Assembly (NCBI GenBank): GCA_047631715.1
Contig: JBLICC010000014.1
Span: 1-21,172, forward strand
From: Alteromonas naphthalenivorans
GTDB taxonomy: Bacteria; Babelota; Babeliae; Babelales; CAIQNR01
Length of the DNA stretch: 21,172 nt
Reading direction: 5' to 3'
A program made the translations under genes and the position numbers. The notes under the pieces were generated by a model that saw only the letters and a program-made list of their open reading frames with translations, was not told the origin of the DNA and ran no database searches. Shown one piece after another: positions 8,273 through 16,851 of this stretch (the first letter of the stretch is position 1; every line of letters begins with the position of its first letter).

Positions 8273-9360
8273 AAAATATTTATCTTAAAAAGGTAAATAA
8301 ATCTTTTGAAGGTGAACCGGTTTTAGAAAATATTAATCTTACGGTTCCTGAAGGAAAGTTCTTTGCCTTGCTGGGCCCAAGTGGTTGTGGCAAAACAACA
8401 ATTTTAAGACTTATTGCTGGATTTGAAAAGCCTGATTCGGGAACTATTAGTTTGGGTGATACTAATATTACCGATATTCCTAGTAATAAACGTAAGATTA
8501 ATACGGTATTTCAAAATTATGCACTTTTTCCTCATATGAATGTATTTGAAAATGTGGCGTATGGTTTGCGACTTAAAAATTTAGAACAAAGTATTGTTAA
8601 AAATCGAGTTCAAAAAATTTTAAAAACTGTTCGCCTTGAGCATCAGATGTATAAACCGATACATCAACTTTCTGGTGGTCAGCAGCAACGGGTAGCATTA
8701 GCACGTGCTATTATTAATGAACCAGAAGTTTTATTACTTGATGAACCATTGGCAGCGCTTGATGTTAAGTTGCGTGAGCACATGCTTATTGAGTTAATAG
8801 ATCTACAAGAAACTATTAAAACAACTTTTGTATATATTACGCACGATCAAACAGAAGCGCTTACGGTTGCCGATAAAATGGCGATTATGAATCATGATGG
8901 AGAAATCGAGCAAATTGGGACTCCGCAAGAGATTTATGAATTTCCTGTTTCTTCTTTTGTAGCGCAGTTTGTAGGTAAAACTAATTTATTTAGAGGTACC
9001 TTGCGTATTCATGGAGATGTTCCAACTGTTGATGTTTCTGATCTGGGTAGATTTTCTGTCTTTATTTCTGCAAAGTGTGAATGGATGGTAGAAGATAGAC
9101 CAGTACTTTTAGGTGTTCGACCAGAAAAAATTTGGATAAGTAAAAAACCTGTAGAAGGTTTTTCTAATCATGTTATTGGTAAGGTTGAATCCATTGTCTA
9201 TCATGGCCCAGCAACACAATATAATGTTCGTTTAAAGAACGATCAAAAAGTTCAAGTCTTTGAACAAAACGAAGAGCATTTTGCAAAAGACAAAATAGAT
9301 TATGATGATGAAGTGCATTTATATTGGCAAAAAGAGAATGCGATGGTATTAGAAAAATGA
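8269..9360 (+). CDS. potA: Spermidine/putrescine-type ABC importer ATP-binding protein
   Basis: GPSGCGKTT, VFQNYALFPHM, LSGGQQQRVALARA, LLDEPLAALD, THDQTEAL and a C-terminal TOBE-like region; context potABCD. Confidence 0.9.
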   Translation: MKNIYLKKVNKSFEGEPVLENINLTVPEGKFFALLGPSGCGKTTILRLIAGFEKPDSGTISLGDTNITDIPSNKRKINTVFQNYALFPHMNVFENVAYGLRLKNLEQSIVKNRVQKILKTVRLEHQMYKPIHQLSGGQQQRVALARAIINEPEVLLLDEPLAALDVKLREHMLIELIDLQETIKTTFVYITHDQTEALTVADKMAIMNHDGEIEQIGTPQEIYEFPVSSFVAQFVGKTNLFRGTLRIHGDVPTVDVSDLGRFSVFISAKCEWMVEDRPVLLGVRPEKIWISKKPVEGFSNHVIGKVESIVYHGPATQYNVRLKNDQKVQVFEQNEEHFAKDKIDYDDEVHLYWQKENAMVLEK

Positions 9361-10226
9361 AAAAGAAGTTTTTTTCTTCTAACACATCATTTTTTTGGGG
9401 AGTGGTTGCTTTAATATGGCAAGTCATTTTCTTTTACATTCCTCTTTCGTTTCTTGTTGCTACTAGTTTTGTTGCTTTTGTTCCTTCTATTAGCGCTTCT
9501 CGTTTTACACTCATACATTACATTCAATTATGTAAGCCAATATATGCGTTGATTTTTTTACGATCATTTTCGCTTGCACTTTCTACAGTTATTATCACGC
9601 TTTTAATTGCTTATCCGGTTGCCTACTATTTGGCCATTAAAGTAAAACGTTGGAAAGAATTTCTTTTTGCGCTCCTGGTATTGCCTTTCTGGACTAATTT
9701 TTTATTACTTGTGTATGCCTGGTATTTTTTATTAGAAAACGACGGTCTTATTAATAGTTTATTATTAAAGTGTGGTTTAATTAGTTCCCCCATATATTTG
9801 ATGAATACTACGTTTGCTGTATACATTGGCATGGTCTATTGTTACTTGCCGTTTATGTTATTGCCACTCTATTCAACGCTAGAAAAATTTAATGTTAAGT
9901 TGCTCGAAGCTTCGGCAGATTTGGGTGCTACCTATTGGCAGACATTTAGAAACATTGTATTACCTCTTACTTGGCCTGGTATTAAAACCGGTGCAATCTT
10001 AGTATTTGTACCTGCTTTTGGAGAGTTTGTGATTCCTGCCCTTTTGGGTGGTGATAAAAATATGTATGTAGGGTCAGTGATTACTCATTATTTTTTAACC
10101 ATCAGAAACGTTTCTCTTGGTTCTGCATTTACCTGCTTAAGTGTGATGGTGCTATTTTTATTCTTATTTATCTTATTTGGAATGGTTAAATTGTTTGCTC
10201 ACATAAGAAAGGGCACAGATGTTTAA
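9357..10226 (+). CDS. potB: Spermidine/putrescine-type ABC importer permease
   Basis: AYPVAY, LPFWTNFL, YLPFMLLPLY and EAA loop LLEASADLGA. ATG 9357 overlaps the potA stop (ATGA). Confidence 0.88.
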   Translation: MKKKFFSSNTSFFWGVVALIWQVIFFYIPLSFLVATSFVAFVPSISASRFTLIHYIQLCKPIYALIFLRSFSLALSTVIITLLIAYPVAYYLAIKVKRWKEFLFALLVLPFWTNFLLLVYAWYFLLENDGLINSLLLKCGLISSPIYLMNTTFAVYIGMVYCYLPFMLLPLYSTLEKFNVKLLEASADLGATYWQTFRNIVLPLTWPGIKTGAILVFVPAFGEFVIPALLGGDKNMYVGSVITHYFLTIRNVSLGSAFTCLSVMVLFLFLFILFGMVKLFAHIRKGTDV

Positions 10227-10995
10227 GAATGCATTTGAGCGTTTAGCTTTGCCTTTGTGGGTAAGTTTAACCTATTTGTTTTTGTATATTCCTATTATTG
10301 TACTTATTGTATTTTCTTTTAATTCCATCGCGTTTCCGTACCATTGGGAAAGTTTTTCTTTGCATTGGTATCATGAGCTTTTTGCAGCGGCTGATTTATG
10401 GAAAGCTGCTTACAACTCTTTGTTTGTGGGTTTAAGTACTGTTTTTTTAAGTTTGGTTATTAGCCTTTTTTTTGTGATGTGGAACGCCAGCAGAAAAGAT
10501 AATTTTCTGCTGGCGTTTTTTTATCCTAATCTTGTTGTACCAGAAATTATTTTGGCAGTTGGATTATTAAGTTTCTTTATATTTTTTAATGTACCGTTAA
10601 CGCTTGGCACTTTAATTGTGGGTCATACGTTGCTTGGATTAGGGTATGCTATTCCTATTTTGCACGAAAGTTTTTCGAGCATTGACGAACGGCTTGTCGA
10701 AGCATCATTAGATTTGGGTGCAACATCAACTCAAACATTTTTTAAAATTATTATTCCTATATTAACACCGTCATTAATTGCAGCAGGATTATTGGTATTT
10801 ATTTTGTCGTTAGATGATTTTTTGATTGCATTCTTTTGTGCCGGATCAGGTTCGCAAACGTTGTCTCTGTATATTTTTGCCATGATTAGAACAGGAGTGT
10901 CTCCTGAGGTTAATGCTCTTGCAACATTAATGATTGTGGTTAGTAGTTTATTAGTCTTCTTGTTCTGTTCTGTACGAGTAAGGGAGCAAGAATGA
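10219..10995 (+). CDS. potC: Spermidine/putrescine-type ABC importer permease
   Basis: FLYIPIIVLIVFSFN, FSLHWY, EASLDLGA, SLDDF, GVSPEVNALAT. Confidence 0.9.
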   Translation: MFKNAFERLALPLWVSLTYLFLYIPIIVLIVFSFNSIAFPYHWESFSLHWYHELFAAADLWKAAYNSLFVGLSTVFLSLVISLFFVMWNASRKDNFLLAFFYPNLVVPEIILAVGLLSFFIFFNVPLTLGTLIVGHTLLGLGYAIPILHESFSSIDERLVEASLDLGATSTQTFFKIIIPILTPSLIAAGLLVFILSLDDFLIAFFCAGSGSQTLSLYIFAMIRTGVSPEVNALATLMIVVSSLLVFLFCSVRVREQE

Positions 10996-12071
10996 TAATT
11001 AGTCGTACTCTTATAATAAGAACACTTATGGTGATCTTTTGGATGGGTATTATTTCTGCCTATTTATATACGGGTAGAGTTGTAAAATATTTTAAGCCAG
11101 CACAGTCGATTAATGTTTTTATGTGGTCTGGGGTAATCGACCCAAAGATGTTTCAAAAGTTTAAAGAAGAAACAGGCATTCATGTTAACGTCAGTTATTA
11201 CGAAGGTAACGAAGAGCTGCTCGTAAAGTTACTGGCAACAAAGGCCAGAGGATACGACATGGTTGTACCTTCTGATTATGTTGTGCAGTTTTTAGTTAAG
11301 CATGATTTACTACACACAATAGATCGATCTAAATTAGATTTTTGGAATGCACTTAATCCTAAATTTATGGGGCATTATTTTGATCCTCATAACAAATACT
11401 CTATTCCTGCTGAATGGTATCTTGAAGGTCTTGGGGTTAACACAGAGCATTTTAAAGAGGGTGAGCTTCCAGAGGCAAGTTGGGCTTCTATTTTTGATCC
11501 AGAAAAAACACCAGATCATATTGGGTTGTTTAATGATAGTCGAGAGCTGTCAGGGCTTGCGGTAAAATATTTGTATGGAAAGTTACGTACAATCAATGCG
11601 CAAGAAGTACAAGAAGTTAAAAAGCTTTTGCAAGAACAAAAAAAGAAAGTAGAGGCGTATACAGATTTTAGGGGTGATTTTTTATTAGAGTCGGGCAATT
11701 GTTCATTGGTAACCGCACCAACTTCCTTCTGGAAGACGTTGCGAGACAATCCTAATATTATTTACTTAATTCCCAAAGAGGGAACGTTCTTAAATCTTGA
11801 AAATTATGTAATTCCCAAGCCATCTCAAAAGGCAGATTTGGTGTATAAATTCTGGAATTTTTTATTTAGATTAGATGTACAAGAGCATAACTTTAATTAC
11901 GGTATATTCTTGTCTACTCGTAAAGATGCGGGTTTTATGTTTGATATTGATCTCTTAAAAACATCAACTCAGCTTATTCATCCTGATGTGGTAGAACAAG
12001 CCGAGATGTTTGAAAATAAATTAACAGACGAACAGATTAACGAAATTTGGCTCGGCGTCAAAGGCTCTTAA
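10992..12071 (+). CDS. potD: PotD/PotF-family substrate-binding protein with N-terminal membrane anchor
   Basis: FKEETGIHV, NEELLVKL, GYDMVVPSDY, FDPHNKYSIP, NDSRE, PKEG. Last gene of the pot cluster. Confidence 0.85.
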   Translation: MIISRTLIIRTLMVIFWMGIISAYLYTGRVVKYFKPAQSINVFMWSGVIDPKMFQKFKEETGIHVNVSYYEGNEELLVKLLATKARGYDMVVPSDYVVQFLVKHDLLHTIDRSKLDFWNALNPKFMGHYFDPHNKYSIPAEWYLEGLGVNTEHFKEGELPEASWASIFDPEKTPDHIGLFNDSRELSGLAVKYLYGKLRTINAQEVQEVKKLLQEQKKKVEAYTDFRGDFLLESGNCSLVTAPTSFWKTLRDNPNIIYLIPKEGTFLNLENYVIPKPSQKADLVYKFWNFLFRLDVQEHNFNYGIFLSTRKDAGFMFDIDLLKTSTQLIHPDVVEQAEMFENKLTDEQINEIWLGVKGS

Positions 12072-12764
12072 TTATTTTCTAATTAAGTTTCCTTCTGGTG
12101 TAATAATAGATCCACCTTGAGTCATATTGAAAATGTTACTTTTAGCATTAAGATTTTTTCCAAGATCGATTGCGCCTGTAAGGTCAATGGTGCCTCCATT
12201 AGGAAAGAATGCTCCAGATTGGATTTTTGCATTAGTGAAAACTGCTTTCTTAAGATTAATACTTCTTTTAGCAAGAGTTGTAGATGCATTTTGAAATACT
12301 CCGCCGGCATTGAATGTGGATGCTTCTATTGTTGTTTCTTTGAATTTTGCACCTTGAGCATTAATCGTTCCTCCATTAACTAAAAAAGAATTTTTAGAAA
12401 GCATTGCTTTGTGAAAATTTGCTTTTTTAAGAGATACACATTGAGAATTTAATATACTATAATGCGTACCTTTTGATTTTAAAGATAGTTGATATCCCTG
12501 ACAAGAGAAAGCATTAGGTAATATCTGTGCTCCTGAATAATTGGCATTATTGAGATTGATGATTTTGCAAACATCTTTATATGCGTGCATCTCTTTCATT
12601 ACTGGAAGGAACTTTTTATTAATTATACAGTTTGTATAATCACGATTCTTTTTATTTTTGTATTCGCATGATTTTTGTGTTGGTGAGTTTTTTGCAAGTA
12701 CTGCATCTATATGCGTGATGCTCAATCCCAATAATCCTAGTAATAATAACTTCTTTATTCTCAT
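12072..12764 (-). CDS. Secreted pentapeptide-repeat-like protein
   Basis: Signal peptide MRIKKLLLLGLLGLSITHIDA; blocks NLNNANYSGAQI, SLKKANFHKAML, NAQGAKFKETTI, NLKKAVFTNAKI. Confidence 0.7.
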   Translation of the reverse strand: MRIKKLLLLGLLGLSITHIDAVLAKNSPTQKSCEYKNKKNRDYTNCIINKKFLPVMKEMHAYKDVCKIINLNNANYSGAQILPNAFSCQGYQLSLKSKGTHYSILNSQCVSLKKANFHKAMLSKNSFLVNGGTINAQGAKFKETTIEASTFNAGGVFQNASTTLAKRSINLKKAVFTNAKIQSGAFFPNGGTIDLTGAIDLGKNLNAKSNIFNMTQGGSIITPEGNLIRK

Positions 12765-12903
12765 TTCCCTTTTTATCCCTGTTTATTTAACCTTACAAAT
12801 ATTGATACTCTTTTTAGATTAGCAAATTGCATATTTTAAAATCAATAATAATATTTCTCTGAGCTTATATTGAGTATGTTTAGCCTTAAGTTTTTGTAGG
12901 ACT

Positions 12904-12932
12904 TTGAGCATTTTTGTGTTTTGCGGTATTAT
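12904..12932 (+). promoter_or_regulatory. Putative sigma70 promoter for metG
   Basis: TTGAGC (12904-12909), 17 nt, TATTAT (12927-12932). Confidence 0.45.
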
Positions 12933-12969
12933 AAGCTCCAGATATCGTTTTAAACTTATTCGGTGAGGA

Positions 12970-13012
12970 CCCTTCGATACAACCACCTGCGGTGGCCACT
13001 CAGGGTGATTCG
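12970..13012 (+). repeat. Single intact unit of the structured repeat family, in the metG leader
   Basis: CCCT-TCGATACAA-CCACC-TGC-GGTGG-CCACTC-AGGG-TGATTCG. Confidence 0.88.
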
Positions 13013-13035
13013 AGGTGAAATAGAAAGGCCTACTT

Positions 13036-14940
13036 GTGAATAATAAATTTTATGTGACAACTCCCATTTACTACGCAACTGCAACTCCGCATCTTGGAAC
13101 CTTGTATTCAACCGTATTGGCAGACATTGCTGCTCGTTGGAATAAGATCCAAGGAAAAGATGTTTTCTTTTTAACCGGAACCGATGAGTTTGGGCAAAAA
13201 GTTGCTCAAGCAGCAGAAAAAGTTAATCAAGATCCCAAAGCATTTGTGAGTCAGTTTATTCCTGCTTATAAAGAGTTATGGAAAAAGTATGAGATCGATT
13301 ATTCACATTTTATTAGAACCACTGATGAGTATCATATACAAGCTGTGCAAAAATGGCTTGGTGATCTAGAAGCAAAAGGTGATATTTATAAAGGTGCGTA
13401 TGAAGGTTGGTATTGTACACCGTGCGAAACCTATCTAACCGAAAAAGATTTTGAAGCAGGTACTAAAAATCCAGCATGTGTATCGTGCGAGCGAGCAACA
13501 CAATGGGTTTCTGAGCCGTGTTACTTCTTTAAGCTTTCTGCATATCAAGATAAATTATTAAAGTTTTTCGAAGAAAATCCAAACTTTATTACTCCTAAAG
13601 AACGATTTGCAGAAGTTATCTCTTTTGTAAAAGGTGGCTTGCAAGATTTGAGTATTTCTAGAACAACACTTTCTTGGGGTGTACCGTTTCCTAACGATAA
13701 AGACCATGTTACCTATGTATGGGCCGATGCGTTGAATAACTATTTAACCGGTATTGGGTATAACCAAGACGGTAAGCAAGAAGAGTTTAAAAAGTGGTGG
13801 CCTGCAGATTTACAAGTGCTTGGTAAAGATATTGTACGGTTTCATGCAATTTTTTGGCCTGCGTTTTTGATGGCGTCTGATTTGCCATTACCTAAAAAAT
13901 TATTAGTGCATGGTTGGATCAAAATGGGTGATCATAAGATGTCAAAATCTCGTGGTAACAGTGTTGATCCACAAGATTTGTATAAAATATATGGTCCAGA
14001 TTCTGTACGTTACTATTTGGCACGTCAGCTATCTATAGCACAAGATGGACAGTTTACCGTTGCAGATTTAGAACAAAAAATTACGTCTGATCTGGCAAAT
14101 GATTTGGGTAACTTGTTACAGCGTATGGTTTCTCTTGCTACAAAAAATAAAGTAACAGAAGTTACACCAAGTACATGGGGTGACGACGAGCAAGGGTTGC
14201 AAGAACATGCTCAAGATATGATTGAGTCATTTAAAAAAGAAATGGAACGTGGTTATTACCATATGGCGTTGTCGCATTTATGGAAATTTATTAATGCGGT
14301 GAATGCATATTTTCATGCATCGGAGCCATGGAAGCTTGCAAAGACTGAACCAGAAAGATTTATGACGGTGTTGAGTGCTACGTGTCATAGTTTGCATATG
14401 ATTGCAACAATGTTGTGGCCGGTAATGCCAGAAAAAATGGAAGAACTTTTTAAGCGTCTTGGCTATACGTTTAAAGTAAATGATGATAAAGTTTTGGGGC
14501 TTGTTAATGATGAGTGGAATAAAAGTTTTACTTTAACAATGGGTGACCCACTTTTTAGTAAACCTGAGCCACGCAAAGAAGAACAAGAGCCAGCAATAGA
14601 GAAGGAGTCGTATATCGATATCGAAGACTTTATAAAAGTAGATCTACGGGTAGGAACCATCAAAGAATGCGAAGTTGTAGAAAAGTCAGAAAGACTTTTG
14701 AAATCGCAAGTTGATTTGGGTCCAGAGCTGGGTGTTCGCCAAATATTTTCTGGTATCAAAAAATGGTATACGCCAGAAGAATTAATTGGCAAGCAAGTAA
14801 TAGTTGTTGCAAATTTAAAACCGAGAAAAATGATGGGTGAACTGTCGCAAGGTATGATTTCGCTTGCTGATGGAGAGGATGGAAAGCCAACATTAATTAG
14901 TCCGGTTATGCAGCTACCAAATGGAGCAAAATTAAAATAG
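13036..14940 (+). CDS. metG: Methionine--tRNA ligase with C-terminal tRNA-binding domain
   Basis: YVTTPIYY, HIGH-like PHLGT, LTGTDEFG, Zn knuckle CTPC/CVSC, YVWADAL, GKDIVRFH, KMSKS and C-terminal VANLKPRKMMGELSQGM. GTG start with RBS GAAAGG. Confidence 0.97.
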   Translation: MNNKFYVTTPIYYATATPHLGTLYSTVLADIAARWNKIQGKDVFFLTGTDEFGQKVAQAAEKVNQDPKAFVSQFIPAYKELWKKYEIDYSHFIRTTDEYHIQAVQKWLGDLEAKGDIYKGAYEGWYCTPCETYLTEKDFEAGTKNPACVSCERATQWVSEPCYFFKLSAYQDKLLKFFEENPNFITPKERFAEVISFVKGGLQDLSISRTTLSWGVPFPNDKDHVTYVWADALNNYLTGIGYNQDGKQEEFKKWWPADLQVLGKDIVRFHAIFWPAFLMASDLPLPKKLLVHGWIKMGDHKMSKSRGNSVDPQDLYKIYGPDSVRYYLARQLSIAQDGQFTVADLEQKITSDLANDLGNLLQRMVSLATKNKVTEVTPSTWGDDEQGLQEHAQDMIESFKKEMERGYYHMALSHLWKFINAVNAYFHASEPWKLAKTEPERFMTVLSATCHSLHMIATMLWPVMPEKMEELFKRLGYTFKVNDDKVLGLVNDEWNKSFTLTMGDPLFSKPEPRKEEQEPAIEKESYIDIEDFIKVDLRVGTIKECEVVEKSERLLKSQVDLGPELGVRQIFSGIKKWYTPEELIGKQVIVVANLKPRKMMGELSQGMISLADGEDGKPTLISPVMQLPNGAKLK

Positions 14941-14971
14941 GTAAGAGACGTTTTAAAAAAAGAGAGTAAGT

Positions 14972-16843
14972 ATGAAGATTTCAAGATTGCCGCACTATAT
15001 GAAACGGCTCACAGAATTGGGTCCTCTTAAAGCTGCAGAAGTAATTTCTCATCGTATGCATATCTCTTTCTTTGAGCAGTATGCGCGGTATCAAGCAGAT
15101 CAAAAAAGGTCTGCTATTACGTGGCCATTATTTGCTCAAAAATATAAACTGGGTGATTTTCCTACGTTTTTTAATCAACTTAAAAAGCGTTCATTTATTG
15201 CAAGCAAAGATTTGTATGCTACAGAACTCAAAGATGAAAAAGAGTTAATGCGTCAGGCAGCTGCTTTTTCTCATAATTGTTTTGATATTTTAGGTTCTAG
15301 AGAGCAGTGTTTAATTACGTTGCCATGGCATAGTGATTTTAGATTGCAATATCAACATCCAGATGCCGATTATCTTTTTGATAAAAATAAATTTTACAAA
15401 GATATTGCTATTCAATCAGGGCTTACCGATCGTTTGGTAAAAGATATTAAAGTGCCTTGGGAGCTTTCTCGACTACAACATTTGTTTGTAATGGGTGCAG
15501 CGTTTGAACGTGGTAAAGATCCTATGTATGCGCGTGCATTTGAACAACATGTTGCAGACTTCTTAGATGAAAACCCATTCTTGCTTGGTCCAAATTGGAT
15601 GTGTCCAATGGATGTTGGCATTCGTACACTTAATTTAGTTTGGGCGTTTCATTTCTTTAAAGATTCAGAAGATATTAGTGATATTTTTTGGAAACGTTTT
15701 GTGTGTTCTTTATATGATCATATGCACTATTTAGAAAACAACTGGGAAATTTATTCTGTAACATCTAATCATTATCTTTCTGACTTGATAGGTTATTTTT
15801 ATGTTACCTGGTTATTCCATGACATGCCGGGTGTAGCTAAAAAGCATAAGTGGTGTTACAACGAAATTTTAAAAGAGTTTGATAAGCAGGTATTTGAAGA
15901 AGGAACGGATTATGAAGGATCTACTAATTATCATAAATTAGTTACTGAGATTTTTTATAATTTCTATCTGATTTGCCAAGAATCTAACTTACCATTACCA
16001 AAAAGATTTTTGAAAAAACTTAAAAAAATGTTCTCATTTATAGATTGGTGTGCAGTTAATGATACTGATTTAGTTAAAATTGGCGATGATGATTCGGGTA
16101 AGATTTTACATTATGGCATTCCGCGTACTTTGGTAAACGAAATGCAAGAAGAATGTGCTTTAACGGAAAAGTTCTATAAAAACTTTGGTCTTGCTGTTAG
16201 AAAAACAAAAGAGTGGCATATCACTTTGCGTCATCATGCTTATAAATCTTTGCAGCCGTCTGGCCATTTTCATAACGATATTGGCAGTGTAACACTTGCT
16301 GTAGATGGTATTGCTGTTGTGGTTGACCCAGGATCGTATGTGTACACTCCATCAGAGGTATGGCGAAATAAATTTAGATCAGCTTCTGCTCATAATGGAT
16401 TTTTTATAGAAGATATAGAACCGATTCTGTTTGATGAGCAACTATTGTTTAATCTTGCATTACCAGAAAAAAAATCATCTGATACTCCATGGCAAGTAAC
16501 GCATGATTTATACAGTATTCCTGCAACACGTGTCCTTGAGCTTGATCAAAAGAAGAATCATGTTCTATTAACTGACTCGTGGGATGAAGTACCCGTACAA
16601 GCATTTACAAGTGTATGGAACTTTACTCTTGCTCCTGGTATCGAAGCTACTAAAAAGGGCGATGACTGGTCTTTGAGTAAAGATGGTAAAGTACTCTTGG
16701 TGTTGCACACAGAAGATCTTGATTTTTGTCTTGAGAAAAGTTGGTATTCTCCAAGTTATGGTACTAAAGTTGCATGCAAAAAGTTGGTTGCTAAATCTGC
16801 TCTTAGCACTCAACCCGTACGGATATTCTTTAAAAAAGTATAG
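14972..16843 (+). CDS. Heparinase II/III-like (polysaccharide lyase fold) protein
   Basis: DIKVPWELSRLQH, NHYLSDLIG, EGSTNYH, GHFHND and DPGSYVYT..RNKFRSASAHN motifs. Confidence 0.85.
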   Translation: MKISRLPHYMKRLTELGPLKAAEVISHRMHISFFEQYARYQADQKRSAITWPLFAQKYKLGDFPTFFNQLKKRSFIASKDLYATELKDEKELMRQAAAFSHNCFDILGSREQCLITLPWHSDFRLQYQHPDADYLFDKNKFYKDIAIQSGLTDRLVKDIKVPWELSRLQHLFVMGAAFERGKDPMYARAFEQHVADFLDENPFLLGPNWMCPMDVGIRTLNLVWAFHFFKDSEDISDIFWKRFVCSLYDHMHYLENNWEIYSVTSNHYLSDLIGYFYVTWLFHDMPGVAKKHKWCYNEILKEFDKQVFEEGTDYEGSTNYHKLVTEIFYNFYLICQESNLPLPKRFLKKLKKMFSFIDWCAVNDTDLVKIGDDDSGKILHYGIPRTLVNEMQEECALTEKFYKNFGLAVRKTKEWHITLRHHAYKSLQPSGHFHNDIGSVTLAVDGIAVVVDPGSYVYTPSEVWRNKFRSASAHNGFFIEDIEPILFDEQLLFNLALPEKKSSDTPWQVTHDLYSIPATRVLELDQKKNHVLLTDSWDEVPVQAFTSVWNFTLAPGIEATKKGDDWSLSKDGKVLLVLHTEDLDFCLEKSWYSPSYGTKVACKKLVAKSALSTQPVRIFFKKV

Positions 16844-16851
16844 TTTTATAT

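Noticed and set aside
12940..13035. T-box or SAM riboswitch upstream of metG
   Set aside because: The leader is short, lacks the T-box and SAM-I consensus and a terminator, and the structure present is a repeat unit.
14463..14984. 173-aa ORF antisense to metG, and the other short antisense or out-of-frame ORFs inside long genes (e.g. 806-1108, 4138-4458, 19722-20105)
   Set aside because: Shadow ORFs of well-supported genes, with no recognisable motifs or RBS.
16632..16646. CCTGGTATCGAAG inside the heparinase-like gene resembling the repeat core
   Set aside because: Only a short match without the GAGTG arm or hairpin; consistent with chance.
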